DNA of 64,000 nt from Candidatus Woesearchaeota archaeon (GCA_016928835.1 JAFGJW010000007.1:12158-76157); one strand, 5' to 3'; positions 41,421 to 52,228 are shown, counted from the first letter of the stretch. Notes: a model not told the origin generated them from the letters alone. Made by a program: numbers and translations.

Positions 41421-42473
41421 CTACTTAGTATGGTCAATCTTATCTCTTAATCTTTCCTTGACTTCATACATCTCAAACAGGGTCTCAACAGTAACAAGTA
41501 CCAACGGCCCAAGTACAATCCCAATAATACCAAAGAAACTTAATCCTCCCAAAATACCTATAAAAATTACACCTTGGTGAATCTTAACCTTTTCTCCGAT
41601 AATGCGCGGCTTGATAAAATTATCAATAGTGCTAACCAGCATCACACCATAAAGAAGCAATCCTATTGCCCTAAAGATCTGGCCGACATCACCGCTAGAC
41701 AAACCGTTTAGGAACATGAAAAGTGAGAGTGGTGCATAAACAAACGGCGCACCCATATAAGGAATCAATGCTAGAAAGAACGTTAGCAGTGCAAAAAATA
41801 AGGGGGTCTTAACGCCAAAAATTAAGTACCCGAAAAAAGCTAATATGCTTTGCGCAAGAGCTGTTACAATATGCCCGTAAACAACAGCCTGAACAAGATT
41901 TTCCATATGCCTAAAAAAGATTTGTTTATGTTTGCTGTGCATAGGGAAGTATTGAAACAATTTCTCAGTTATGGCAGGAGCGTCTCTAAAGAAAAAGAAC
42001 ATCAAAAAAAAGACTACAAAGATATTGACAAGTCTATTAGGTATACCTGCAAGAAAATTTTTTATTGAATTCATTAGGAAATTAAAGACCGACTGCAGTA
42101 TAGATGAAAGATCTAAATGAACACCTGTTTTCTCGTAGAAAGTCTGCAAATACTCATTGGCCTTAAAATGAGATCCCGAAACAATATTGACTACCCTGCT
42201 TGATATGCCCGGAATCTCTCTTATAAGAGTATTTAATATTAAAAGAGAGGGTAAGACAATTATGGCAAGAATTAGGATACAGAGTATAATTGAAGAAATA
42301 TTTTTATTTTTAACTATCTCATTGACTAACTTGAAGATAGGATAAAAGATATAAGTAAGCAGCATTGAACTAATGATCGCTATCAGATAGGGTTTAACAA
42401 TGAGATAACTTAAGACAAGCAGCCCGATTATTAGCATAGTTGTGCCATACTTGTAATAGTCATCACCGATCAT
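41421..42473 (-). CDS. AI-2E family transporter
   Basis: IDNFIKPRIIG and FGIIGIVLGP motifs. Confidence 0.88.
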   Translation of the reverse strand: MIGDDYYKYGTTMLIIGLLVLSYLIVKPYLIAIISSMLLTYIFYPIFKLVNEIVKNKNISSIILCILILAIIVLPSLLILNTLIREIPGISSRVVNIVSGSHFKANEYLQTFYEKTGVHLDLSSILQSVFNFLMNSIKNFLAGIPNRLVNIFVVFFLMFFFFRDAPAITEKLFQYFPMHSKHKQIFFRHMENLVQAVVYGHIVTALAQSILAFFGYLIFGVKTPLFFALLTFFLALIPYMGAPFVYAPLSLFMFLNGLSSGDVGQIFRAIGLLLYGVMLVSTIDNFIKPRIIGEKVKIHQGVIFIGILGGLSFFGIIGIVLGPLVLVTVETLFEMYEVKERLRDKIDHTK

Positions 42474-42527
42474 AAAAAAAAATCATGGTTTATACTATAT
42501 AAATTTATTGATTTGCCTTAAGAAGAA

Positions 42528-42622
42528 TGGGCCCGCCCGGATTTTCGCAAATTTTTCCCTCAACTCGAACCGGGGACCTCCGCCTTGTAAGGGCGATGTC
42601 ATAGCCACTAGACCACGAGCCC
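42528..42622 (-). tRNA. tRNA-Val(TAC) with a 22-nt T-loop intron at 59/60 (42542-42563)
   Basis: Acceptor GGGCTCG/CGGGCCC with A73; TCGCC-CT-TAC-AA-GGCGG; CCCGG-TTCGAG[intron]T-CCGGG; central helix TTCG/CGAA. Confidence 0.92.
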
Positions 42623-42715
42623 TGCAGGAGCTAAGAATGCAGGATTAGTTTTTATAATTTTCTAAATAAAGCCAACTAGTAAAACATAAAAAGGCGCAAA
42701 AAATTCTAAGATAAT

Positions 42716-43285
42716 ATGAGAGTAATAACAAAAGATGAATTAAAGCAGGAAAAAACAAAATTTTTAAGACTATTCAAAAAAAGCATATTTATATATCCTA
42801 CTGATACGATCTATGGCATTGGATGCAATGCAAAAGAGGGTCTTCTGGTCAATAAGATACGAGATATTAAAAACAGGGTGGATCAGCCTTTCTCTGTAAT
42901 AGCTCCTTCAAAAGCATGGATTCTTGATAATTGTATAGTTGACAAGCATGGAAAGCAATATCTGCGCAAACTGCCGGGACCCTATACACTTGTTCTAAAG
43001 CTCAAGAAAAAGAACTGTATCTCAAAAAGTATAAACGCGAAAAGAGATACTCTAGGTGTTAGAATACCCAAGCACTGGTTCTCAAACATTGTTGCACAAC
43101 TTAAAATCCCTATAGTAACAACATCTGTAAATAAATCAGGCGAGGAATTTATGACTTCACTGGAGGACTTGGATCCTGGGATAAAACGTAGTGTTGATTT
43201 TATTATATATGAAGGAGTAAAGAGAGGAAAGCCTTCAACAATAGTCCGATTAGATGAATACATAGCACAGATAGATAAAAGATGA
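42716..43285 (+). CDS. Threonylcarbamoyl-AMP synthase (TsaC/Sua5 YrdC domain)
   Basis: YPTDTIYGIGC, LPGPYT, GVRIP and TTSVNKSG motifs. Confidence 0.9.
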   Translation: MRVITKDELKQEKTKFLRLFKKSIFIYPTDTIYGIGCNAKEGLLVNKIRDIKNRVDQPFSVIAPSKAWILDNCIVDKHGKQYLRKLPGPYTLVLKLKKKNCISKSINAKRDTLGVRIPKHWFSNIVAQLKIPIVTTSVNKSGEEFMTSLEDLDPGIKRSVDFIIYEGVKRGKPSTIVRLDEYIAQIDKR

Positions 43286-43884
43286 GAATTCTTGCGGCAG
43301 GAGACATACACGGAGATAGTAACCTGGCAGAGAGACTGGCCAAAAAATCCAAAGAGAAGAATGTTGACCTGGTTGTTTTATGCGGTGATTTGACCTATGC
43401 TGAGCAGAGCACAAAGAATATAATTGGTCCGTTTGTAAAACGGAAAAAAAAGGTTCTTCTTATCCCTGGTAACCATGAAACATTAGCTACAGCAGATTTT
43501 CTAGCTGAGCTGTATGGTGTGACCAATCTCCACGGATACTCAATAAGAGCAGGCGAAGTAGGCTTGTTTGGGTGCGGTGGCGCTAATATTGGTAGATTCC
43601 AGCTGAGCGAGCCTGAGATCTATGAGCTCTTGAAAAAAGGTCATGACAATATCAAGGACAGCAAGAGAAGAATAATGGTAACTCATGTCCATCCATCAGG
43701 CACAAAAATGGAAAAGCTAACTTCTGTATTTCCAGGAAGCCAAGGTGTGAGAAAGGCTATTGATTCTCTTAAGCCGGATTTTGTATTATGCAGCCATGTG
43801 CATGAAGCAGAGGGCATAGAAGAGAAGATAGGGAAGACAAAAGTCATTAATGTCGGCAGGGAAGGGAAGATTATTGATGTTTAG
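43282..43884 (+). CDS. Metallophosphoesterase (calcineurin-like)
   Basis: GDIHG, GDL, PGNHE and SHVHE motifs. Confidence 0.88.
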   Translation: MRILAAGDIHGDSNLAERLAKKSKEKNVDLVVLCGDLTYAEQSTKNIIGPFVKRKKKVLLIPGNHETLATADFLAELYGVTNLHGYSIRAGEVGLFGCGGANIGRFQLSEPEIYELLKKGHDNIKDSKRRIMVTHVHPSGTKMEKLTSVFPGSQGVRKAIDSLKPDFVLCSHVHEAEGIEEKIGKTKVINVGREGKIIDV

Positions 43885-43894
43885 TAACTCTTTT

Positions 43895-45232
43895 TTATCT
43901 TATATGAGCTGTTTTTGCTATAGGATATTGATTTACAGAAAGTCCTGGTAATAATTCGTTTGCACATATTAGAATATCAGCAACCATCTGTCCATTGTTG
44001 GCTCCAGATTCATAGGCAGTTGTACAATATCGTCCATCAAGTGCGTGAGCAACTGCGGAAACGTATTGATCAGGAGTTAGCATGTCCCCTCTTGAAGAAG
44101 AAAATTCATTATATAGCTCATTATATGCCTTTTGTATTCCAAGTATTTCAACAAGATTTATTTGGCTATCCCCTTCTTCTTCGAGATCAAATAGGAGATA
44201 ATTATTCCACAAAGTAGCAAAGAAATTCACTCTAGCCTGAATCTCCTGCTTCTTATCCGCAAATTCAACTAACCTAGCATGATATTTGGGTGCATCTGCC
44301 CTGAAAGTATCAGAATCAATACTGGCTTGAGCTGATTGTCCAAATTGCTCAACTAAGTTAAAGTGTGCCTGGTAGAGCGAAAACAGAGCATTTAGTGCAT
44401 CAGTTGCAGCATTTTCCTCGCGTTCTTGTAATTCATGTGCTTTTGCACTTGTATCAGGTATATTAAGACCATCTGACAATGTCATATACTGCTTCATAAA
44501 CCTCCCAAGTGCTTGTGCACCCATAAATAATTGTGTTGAGTAGTAACCTGCTGAATTTGGTGTTCCAAATCCAAACTTAAGCAATACCTTTTCTCCATGA
44601 AATCCAGCTATTTCTGCTTCCCTAGCTCCTCCAGATAAAGAAACATAAACACTTCCATTGCGGCTAGCCCTTAAAAGCAGCGCCTGGACCTGAGGGTTGC
44701 TAAGAACGGTATCAAGTCTTGGAAGACTGAACAATGCATTATCTAGATACTTCATTTGTTGTATTTGGTTCCTTAAAATCTTGTCACCAACTTCTTCAAT
44801 ATAATAAATACGCCCATTTTCACTTGTTATTCCGGGAACACCAAAAAAAGGATCTTCTTGAGCCATTAAAGAGTATCTAAGCTGAGCACCTCCGAATCCG
44901 ACAGTGTCTCCTATTTCTGCCGAGAACTGATTAGTTCTATCACTGTTATGGAATGTTCCATTCTGGGTTCTATTATCAGTTACTATCCATTGTGCACCTT
45001 GTTCATCATATTCAACAACAGCATGAACATCATCTAAAAGAGTATTAGGTATGCAGTAAAGACTTTTTCTAGGACTTCGGCCAATAGTCATCTGCTCAAG
45101 ATAATACATTTCTCCATCGGTCTCAACACCTAGAAGTATTTCTTCCCCAATACCATTTTCCAGAACAATACGTTTAGCTCCAGGCTGCAAAGCCTTTGTA
45201 ACCAATTCATCAAGGAAATTTACTGTTGGCAT
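43895..45232 (-). CDS. FHA-domain protein
   Basis: TIGR...HA...WIVTDNRTQNGTF...GDTVGFG. Confidence 0.65.
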   Translation of the reverse strand: MPTVNFLDELVTKALQPGAKRIVLENGIGEEILLGVETDGEMYYLEQMTIGRSPRKSLYCIPNTLLDDVHAVVEYDEQGAQWIVTDNRTQNGTFHNSDRTNQFSAEIGDTVGFGGAQLRYSLMAQEDPFFGVPGITSENGRIYYIEEVGDKILRNQIQQMKYLDNALFSLPRLDTVLSNPQVQALLLRASRNGSVYVSLSGGAREAEIAGFHGEKVLLKFGFGTPNSAGYYSTQLFMGAQALGRFMKQYMTLSDGLNIPDTSAKAHELQEREENAATDALNALFSLYQAHFNLVEQFGQSAQASIDSDTFRADAPKYHARLVEFADKKQEIQARVNFFATLWNNYLLFDLEEEGDSQINLVEILGIQKAYNELYNEFSSSRGDMLTPDQYVSAVAHALDGRYCTTAYESGANNGQMVADILICANELLPGLSVNQYPIAKTAHIR

Positions 45233-45290
45233 TGTAGGAGTGAAACACCACACATATATAAATCTTTCTATTTTTATTACTTAAAAGTAA

Positions 45291-46988
45291 CTACATCACT
45301 TCCAATGCTTCAATCCCTAGCAATTCCAACCCTATTTTAAGAACCTGTTTCACACAGCAGACTAATAGGATCCTTGCCTTCTCCAACTCTTTGTCTTCTT
45401 GTATTACCTGATGCTTATGATAATACTCATTGAATTTCTGGCTTAAATCAATTAAATAATTTGCTATTAAACTTGGCTTGTAATTTTCTGCTGATTTTTC
45501 TATTAAACTTGGAAATTGTTCAAGCAGTCCTAGTATAGCTCTCTCCTCTTCTGTTCTTAACAAAGAAAAATCAACATTCTTAACAACTTGTTTTTTGTGC
45601 TTTCGCAGTATACTTGAAGCACGCGCATGTGTATACTGCACATAAGGCCCTGTCTCTCCCTCAAAACTCAAAGACTCTTTTGGATTAAAGATGAAGTCTT
45701 TCATTGGGTCATATTTCAATATAAAAAACTTGATTGCCCCCATGCCAATTTCTTCTGCTCTTTTGTCTATCTCGCTCGTAGATAATTCCTTATATCTTTT
45801 CTTAATCTCTTTCTTAGCCATTTCATGTATATTGTCTGCCAGATTATCCGCATCAACAACTTTTCCCTCGCGAGATTTCATCTTCCCTTCAGGAAGGTAT
45901 ATCATGCCATAGGCAAGATGATAACAGTCTTTAGCAAAAGGATACTTTAAAATCTCAAAAATTTTAAATAAAACCTTAAAGTGGTGGATATGCTCATTTC
46001 CCACTATATATATCATCTTATCCATCTTATAGTCCCCATACCTTATTTTTGCCAGTACAAGGTCTTGTGTAATATAAATGGATGTGCCGTCAGCCCTTAA
46101 CACCACCTTTTTTCCAAGCCCGTGCTTACTTAGATTAGCAACAATATTATCATTTTCATCCTTCTCAAATATGCCTCTCTCTAGACCATTTTTTACAATC
46201 TCTTTTCCTTTCATATAATGGTCGCTCTCAAAATATGGTTTGTCCATTGCCACACCATATCTGTCATAAGTCTGCATAATCCCTTTAACAGCCCAGTCAT
46301 TCATCTTGCTCCATAGTTGCCTAACCTCTAGGTCTCCGCTCTCCCATTTTCTAAGCATCTCTTGTATTTTATCCTCAAACTCAGGATGGTCCGGCAGCTC
46401 TTTGGCATATTTAACATAAAACTCTCCAACGAAATGATCTGTTTTCTTATCCGGCCTTTTGCTATTCCCGAATTTTTCATAGGCAAGCATAGACTTGCAG
46501 ATATGCACTCCGCGGTTATTTAATATATCAACACGTATACTTTTATTTCCTAGGAACTTGTAGATATTTACCAGAGAATTGCCCAAAACCATATTTCTTA
46601 CATGACCCAGATGCAGTGGCTTATTTGTATTGGGACCAGGGGATTCAATCATAACAATACCTTTCTTTCTCTTCCCAGAACCATATTTCCCCTTTTTCTG
46701 ATAAATCTCACTTAGTATATCCTTTGCCAGCTCCTCCTTATTAACGAAAAAATTCACATAAGGTCCTATCGCTTTTATATTTGATATATATTGGTCAGGC
46801 TTAATTTGTCCCGCTAAATCTTTGGCAATTTGAGCAGGATTTTTTTTTAAATGTTTAGCCAGACTAAAGCATGGAAAAGCATAATCTCCCATAGTTGGGT
46901 CTGGAGGTTTTTCTAACACTGGTATACCAGTCTTCCCAGCAAGAACCTTGTCTAAAGAAGCGATAATTGATTTTTTGAACTTGTTCAT
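45291..46988 (-). CDS. argS: Arginine-tRNA ligase
   Basis: PNTNKPLHLGHVRN, KMKSREG and GETGPYVQYTHAR motifs. Confidence 0.96.
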   Translation of the reverse strand: MNKFKKSIIASLDKVLAGKTGIPVLEKPPDPTMGDYAFPCFSLAKHLKKNPAQIAKDLAGQIKPDQYISNIKAIGPYVNFFVNKEELAKDILSEIYQKKGKYGSGKRKKGIVMIESPGPNTNKPLHLGHVRNMVLGNSLVNIYKFLGNKSIRVDILNNRGVHICKSMLAYEKFGNSKRPDKKTDHFVGEFYVKYAKELPDHPEFEDKIQEMLRKWESGDLEVRQLWSKMNDWAVKGIMQTYDRYGVAMDKPYFESDHYMKGKEIVKNGLERGIFEKDENDNIVANLSKHGLGKKVVLRADGTSIYITQDLVLAKIRYGDYKMDKMIYIVGNEHIHHFKVLFKIFEILKYPFAKDCYHLAYGMIYLPEGKMKSREGKVVDADNLADNIHEMAKKEIKKRYKELSTSEIDKRAEEIGMGAIKFFILKYDPMKDFIFNPKESLSFEGETGPYVQYTHARASSILRKHKKQVVKNVDFSLLRTEEERAILGLLEQFPSLIEKSAENYKPSLIANYLIDLSQKFNEYYHKHQVIQEDKELEKARILLVCCVKQVLKIGLELLGIEALEVM

Positions 46989-47013
46989 TTAAATAAAGAA
47001 ATAAGTGAATATT

Positions 47014-47322
47014 TTAAATCTTTGTTTCTTTGCTGACCCATTTTTCAAATGGTTTATGCGCCTTATCTATCTTCCATGCAACAACACAGGGCACATCATA
47101 AGTATGTATCTTCTTAATCTCACTATCTATCTTTTCGAAATTCTCATCCCGTGTCTTTGCAATAATACTAAATTCTGTATTCTCTTGGAGCTCATTATTG
47201 AACCAGTACATGCTTTCAATTGGAAAGATATTAACACATGCAACCAATTTTTTCTGAAGCAAATGCTTGGAAATATTTTTTGCATCCTTTACATTGCCTG
47301 CAGTAATATAAACAAACAGCAT
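47014..47322 (-). CDS. cutA: Divalent-cation tolerance protein CutA
   Basis: LVACVN, SMYW and HTYDVP motifs. Confidence 0.9.
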   Translation of the reverse strand: MLFVYITAGNVKDAKNISKHLLQKKLVACVNIFPIESMYWFNNELQENTEFSIIAKTRDENFEKIDSEIKKIHTYDVPCVVAWKIDKAHKPFEKWVSKETKI

Positions 47323-47408
47323 ACCAATCACCTCTTAATTATTGATTACACCATAGTTTAAATAATTTATCAATAAATTAATAATGGAAGCTTAATTCCA
47401 GTGCAGAT

Positions 47409-48044
47409 ATGAAGCCAAAACTAATAATATTTGATTATGACGGTGTTATTATGAATTCCTTTGATTTCATCAAAAAAGCCTATGACAACATTGCAGAGGA
47501 ATACCAGATTGACAAACCAAATAACCAAGAGTATTACCTGGATTTCTTTGAATTGGACTGGAGGAATACTCTAAAAAAGTGGGGTATTGCTGATAAAAAT
47601 GAGATTGATAGAGTTGTTAAGATTTATTATGACACCTATGACAAACTCAACAACACTATCACACCCTATGATGGGATCACTGAGGTCATCAAAAAAGTAT
47701 CAGAAGAGTATTGCACGGCAATTGTCTCAAACACATACAGGAAGGTAATATTAGCTAAACTTATGGAATTTAAACTGGAAAAGTTTTTTGATTTAATTCT
47801 AGGTATTGAAGACGGCGACTTTAAGCCAAGCCCTGATTTGCTTATCAAATGCATGGGTAAATTGAATTATGAACCCCAAGACACTGTGTTTATCGGTGAT
47901 ATGGATGGAGATATCATAGCTGGGAAAGCTGCAAAAGTCAAAAAGATAATCGCAGTTACTTATGGTTTTCATACACTAAGAAGACTAAAAGGCGCCGATA
48001 TCATTGTCAATAGTCCAAGTGAAATTATAAAAGCTGTCAGATAA
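47409..48044 (+). CDS. HAD family phosphatase
   Basis: FDYDGVI, KPSP and IGDMDGD motifs. Confidence 0.88.
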   Translation: MKPKLIIFDYDGVIMNSFDFIKKAYDNIAEEYQIDKPNNQEYYLDFFELDWRNTLKKWGIADKNEIDRVVKIYYDTYDKLNNTITPYDGITEVIKKVSEEYCTAIVSNTYRKVILAKLMEFKLEKFFDLILGIEDGDFKPSPDLLIKCMGKLNYEPQDTVFIGDMDGDIIAGKAAKVKKIIAVTYGFHTLRRLKGADIIVNSPSEIIKAVR

Positions 48045-48091
48045 AAAAGTAAATATAATAAATAAGGTAAATATTCTTAGCCGGGGTTGAG

Positions 48092-49216
48092 ATGAGTGAA
48101 CAACAAAGAAGAGTCTATGTAATAGTAAATCCGGTTTCTGGAGAATACAGCAGCGATACGGTAGAAAGGTTGGAAGAGATACTAAGACAGACTGCAATAG
48201 CTGAAATAACAAACACACAAAGATTGTCTAGTCCAGTTGAGCAAGTTCCTCAGAGGGAATGGCATACATTAAGTCCACCAACAAATATTGACAGTCTTAT
48301 AGGTGATGCTAAAGATAAAGGATATAACTACATAATTGTTGTGGGCGGCGATGGCACTGTCCATGGTGTCGTGAACTCATTAAGAAATCATGAAGACTAT
48401 ATGAGCAGTGTCCGCTTGGCGTTAGTGCCCACAGGATCTGGTGATGATCTATGCCACAATTTAGGTATTCATAGTGTGCAACAAGCATTAGAGCTAATAG
48501 CAAGCGACCTATTTAATGAAGATAGGTACAAAGCAGCAGATGTTTTAAGATGCGCTATTCCGCAGAATGATTATGAGCGGGCTTTTATTAACAGCGCAGA
48601 TGCCGGATTTGGTGCTCACTTGATTGACTTTGGCAATAAGCGTACAGGAAGAATCATAAGAGGAGCACTTAGCACTTTGCAGGATTTGATGCATAAATTT
48701 GGAATAAAGGGAATCAATTTGCTTGAAAAATGGTATGAAATTTGTGTTCTACCTGCATTCCTATCTTATAGAGTCCCAGATTTTTCTATCTCCATAGATA
48801 GTAGAGCATATCAGAGGCATCATGGTGCATTCCTGCCAATCTGTATGAATGGAAAAGTAGCTGCAGGGAATTTACTATTAGCAGAAGATGCTGACAATTC
48901 AGACGGATATTTGCATTTTACTATGCTTCACGGCATTAAATATTCGCTTGGAGGACTATTGAAGGTGGCTGCATTATTAGGATTAGCTAAGAATCATGAT
49001 ATAAAACTATTTCAAGATCCCCAAATTATGTATACGCCTGCTCATCAAATAACCCAGCTACCTAATCTAGGTGCTGTTGGAAGAGCTCTTGAGCTTGATG
49101 GCGAACTTTACCTTTTTAATAGTCCTATTACTAAAGTTGTATACAGCACTCTCTGGCCAGATTCTGAACAAGGTTACAAAGTAAGAATATTAGCAGCCCC
49201 ACGGAACAGTGAATAG
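48092..49216 (+). CDS. Diacylglycerol/lipid kinase family protein
   Basis: IVNPVSG, GGDGT, VPTGSGDD and ELDGE motifs. Confidence 0.8.
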   Translation: MSEQQRRVYVIVNPVSGEYSSDTVERLEEILRQTAIAEITNTQRLSSPVEQVPQREWHTLSPPTNIDSLIGDAKDKGYNYIIVVGGDGTVHGVVNSLRNHEDYMSSVRLALVPTGSGDDLCHNLGIHSVQQALELIASDLFNEDRYKAADVLRCAIPQNDYERAFINSADAGFGAHLIDFGNKRTGRIIRGALSTLQDLMHKFGIKGINLLEKWYEICVLPAFLSYRVPDFSISIDSRAYQRHHGAFLPICMNGKVAAGNLLLAEDADNSDGYLHFTMLHGIKYSLGGLLKVAALLGLAKNHDIKLFQDPQIMYTPAHQITQLPNLGAVGRALELDGELYLFNSPITKVVYSTLWPDSEQGYKVRILAAPRNSE

Positions 49217-49312
49217 GCAAGATACCTATTTTTAGTCTCTAATATAGGATAACAAAAAAGATATTAATAAGGTAACTATTGGAATCCTATCAACTCATAG
49301 GGGGACTGAAGA

Positions 49313-50872
49313 ATGATACATGATTATGGATTAAGCTTAGCAACTGTGGCATATCTGATCGGGGTTGATAGCGAAAGAGTAAAAACGGACCCATTAGTAA
49401 CAACACTTGACCCTGATATTATGGCGGCACATGCTGTCTTCACATTTAGAGATCTGCCAGAAGGATATTCAAACAGACTTGTTCTTGGATTGCGTAGTGG
49501 TTTGCATGATGCACTTGCTGCACTTGGGTGCAGAATAGAGCCATGGTTAAATACCTGGGAATCAGGCCAAGAGCCAGTTCCTCCAGGGATTCATGCTGTA
49601 GTTGATGTTCCTAGAGATGATGGTACTAGACGAGCTCATGCTATTTATAGACTTGAAGACAAACAAAATACTCAAGTTATTACAGTAGCTGAAGTCCCTA
49701 GAATAATCCGGGACCCGACACATAGTTATCTCAACCGAACCAGAGCTGGAATAGAAACGCTGCTCAATCATAGATCAGTAATCGTTATCGGCACTTATTC
49801 TGATAAACCTAATTTGGCGCAGATTCTGAATATGAACCTTGATGTGACACCTGTTGATTTAGGCAGGGAAGATGCCTTGTTAGATTGGGTAAGAAACATG
49901 TTAGTTCCAAAAGCTTCACCAATTATTCCAGCAGACATTAAGCGGTTTCAAAAAGGATATTTTAACCCAGAAGACAGCAGATATAGAACTTATGTTGAAG
50001 CTCTTATAAAATTAAGTAGAGGTTTATCTAGTACAGGCCTTTTCCCCCCAGGACAAACACTTGTCAATTTGGTGGAAGATAGATTGGACAGGCGTATTCT
50101 TGACGGCATAGTAGGAGGCAGGAGCGGATATTCATTTGGCTTCCTGGCTGTTGGTTGGGCTGAATATCGAAGTCAAAAAATAATCAATGAAGAAGTCTGG
50201 GAATCATTAGTTCCAGCTGAAGGTTTAGAAAACATTAGGTGTGATGGTGATATTTGGTATATAAGATTAGATAGAGAAGGTAGGACTAGGTATTATGAAG
50301 TTCCTGTTGTCCATATTGCCAGCTCGCTCTCAGGGAGAGATAAATCGGCACTTACCCGCAGAGATGTTGGCATTATAAGTGTAAAGAATGGCGAGTTACA
50401 CTTTAAAGTAGCAGAGGGAGTGGACTGGGAAATGGAAAAACCCAGAGCTTCTTTTGACCTCATGGCTCAGGTGGCGATGATATACGGCTCAGCTTTTGGC
50501 AGAGACCCTAGCAGAATAGATGAGCCAATTGAAAAAGTGCAAATCCATTACCATGGTTATCCACATCCGGATTGGCTTGTTCAAGGCACTGATTATGTTG
50601 CAGGCATTAATAATATCGGCGCACCGTGTGGCACTCCGCAAGCAGGATTACTGAATTTCTTTGAAAGCCTGTCATTATATGATGCCAATCCCGATCTGCG
50701 AGTAGCACACCTAATAGAGCCTGGACATGGCACAAATATCTTGGTGGATTTACATGATCTAGATTATATAATTGAGCGACTGCAAGCAGGAAGAAGGGGC
50801 AGGTGGCCAGTTGTTGAACTTGGAAGCAGGCACTGGAATTTGCTTAGAGAAAAGTCTCAATCATATAGTTAA
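49313..50872 (+). CDS. Hypothetical protein, C-terminus possibly class II aldolase-like
   Basis: ASFD, HYHGYP, APCGT and IEPGHGTN resemble an aldolase-II metal-site layout. Confidence 0.5.
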   Translation: MIHDYGLSLATVAYLIGVDSERVKTDPLVTTLDPDIMAAHAVFTFRDLPEGYSNRLVLGLRSGLHDALAALGCRIEPWLNTWESGQEPVPPGIHAVVDVPRDDGTRRAHAIYRLEDKQNTQVITVAEVPRIIRDPTHSYLNRTRAGIETLLNHRSVIVIGTYSDKPNLAQILNMNLDVTPVDLGREDALLDWVRNMLVPKASPIIPADIKRFQKGYFNPEDSRYRTYVEALIKLSRGLSSTGLFPPGQTLVNLVEDRLDRRILDGIVGGRSGYSFGFLAVGWAEYRSQKIINEEVWESLVPAEGLENIRCDGDIWYIRLDREGRTRYYEVPVVHIASSLSGRDKSALTRRDVGIISVKNGELHFKVAEGVDWEMEKPRASFDLMAQVAMIYGSAFGRDPSRIDEPIEKVQIHYHGYPHPDWLVQGTDYVAGINNIGAPCGTPQAGLLNFFESLSLYDANPDLRVAHLIEPGHGTNILVDLHDLDYIIERLQAGRRGRWPVVELGSRHWNLLREKSQSYS

Positions 50873-52228
50873 AGATCTGAAACATAACGCTTGTTTCAAA
50901 TATCTTTTGTCATCACCAGTAGGGAAAAAAGCTCTTTTCAATTCTCTTCTGTCTCTTAATTGGACTATGCTCTGCCAATAATGCACTTTGATTAATCTTC
51001 TCAATGCTTCTTGGTATTGAGCTTTAGTGGCCCAAAATGGCTCATAAAAAGTGATTTTCTTTCCAAATCGGTTAATACTTACACTGTCTTGGGGCCCTAC
51101 AAGTGAAAGATCATACCCATCTAAATAACCTTCAAGAACAGCCAATCCTAAATCTACCAAATGTCCGCTGTCAGCAACAAAACCTACAGCAAGTTGAAAG
51201 CTACGGTCATTGCCAACACAGTCAAAAACAATTTTAAAAGGAGCATTGTCATCTTGATGCTGTGGCTCCTCATAATTTGTTTTTCCCAGTTGGACTGTTT
51301 TATATGGACTGTATTGTCCAACAATTCCGCTTTGTCTGTCTCGCCTAGTCACTACAGTCACATTCTCGTAACCTAGTTGTGATAAATAATCCATAACACA
51401 AAAGCCTAGTGCACCCATTCCAATTATGAGTATTGGCACTTCATTATCAAATTCAGCTCTAGTAAGAACCATATTAACACCATTAATGGCACAAGCATAA
51501 GTATCTGTCATCACAGCCCTCTCCAATCGCTCATTTGGTTGAAGATTCGTAAATCCATCTGGCAAGGGTATGAATTGTTGCCTATGAGCAATCACTCTCT
51601 CTGATAAACCTCCACCAAGTTGGTCTCTGTTCTCAGTTATTGCTCCAAAACCATGAATGCCTCTAACATCTCCGCTCATAATATTTTCACAAAGGTTTTC
51701 TATCCCCTCAGAACATTGTCTGCATTGTTCCTCAACTGATTTTGCTGCACATGAGAGAATGGGATATAAAACCCCCAACCTATCTCGGGAATCCTTGACT
51801 ACTATCTCATGCCCGATAGTGTAAGGGGCAACAACTCTTCCAGGCTCCCATCTTCTGATACGTTCACAATACTGTTTTTGAGTCCATAAAATAAAGCGCT
51901 GAAGTGCATTTAGAGTATTTGGTGCAATATTAGGGAGAAAATCAAACATAGCTGTCCCCATTTGCAGTGTAATTAAGTTACGGTCGCTGCCGCAAACACC
52001 GCTGCATATTACTTCGTATGAACGGTAGTCATTACTCAAACCAATATCTTGTGGGTCTAATAATAAGACTTGTTTAAGTGCATAAAAAGGATGAGATATT
52101 GGATGCTGAAAAGGATATTCTCTTCCAATCCACCTAATCATTTTAAAAAGAACAGGATGATGGACCAAGAGTCCTGTATAAAGGGGAATCGGGGCAAATT
52201 GTATTGATTCCTGTTTTTTGCCTTTCAT
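50861..52228 (-). CDS. Zinc-dependent alcohol dehydrogenase (MDR)
   Basis: GVCGSD, GHE, C..C..C..C, GMGALG and FDCVG motifs. Confidence 0.8.
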   Translation of the reverse strand: MKGKKQESIQFAPIPLYTGLLVHHPVLFKMIRWIGREYPFQHPISHPFYALKQVLLLDPQDIGLSNDYRSYEVICSGVCGSDRNLITLQMGTAMFDFLPNIAPNTLNALQRFILWTQKQYCERIRRWEPGRVVAPYTIGHEIVVKDSRDRLGVLYPILSCAAKSVEEQCRQCSEGIENLCENIMSGDVRGIHGFGAITENRDQLGGGLSERVIAHRQQFIPLPDGFTNLQPNERLERAVMTDTYACAINGVNMVLTRAEFDNEVPILIIGMGALGFCVMDYLSQLGYENVTVVTRRDRQSGIVGQYSPYKTVQLGKTNYEEPQHQDDNAPFKIVFDCVGNDRSFQLAVGFVADSGHLVDLGLAVLEGYLDGYDLSLVGPQDSVSINRFGKKITFYEPFWATKAQYQEALRRLIKVHYWQSIVQLRDRRELKRAFFPTGDDKRYLKQALCFRSLTI

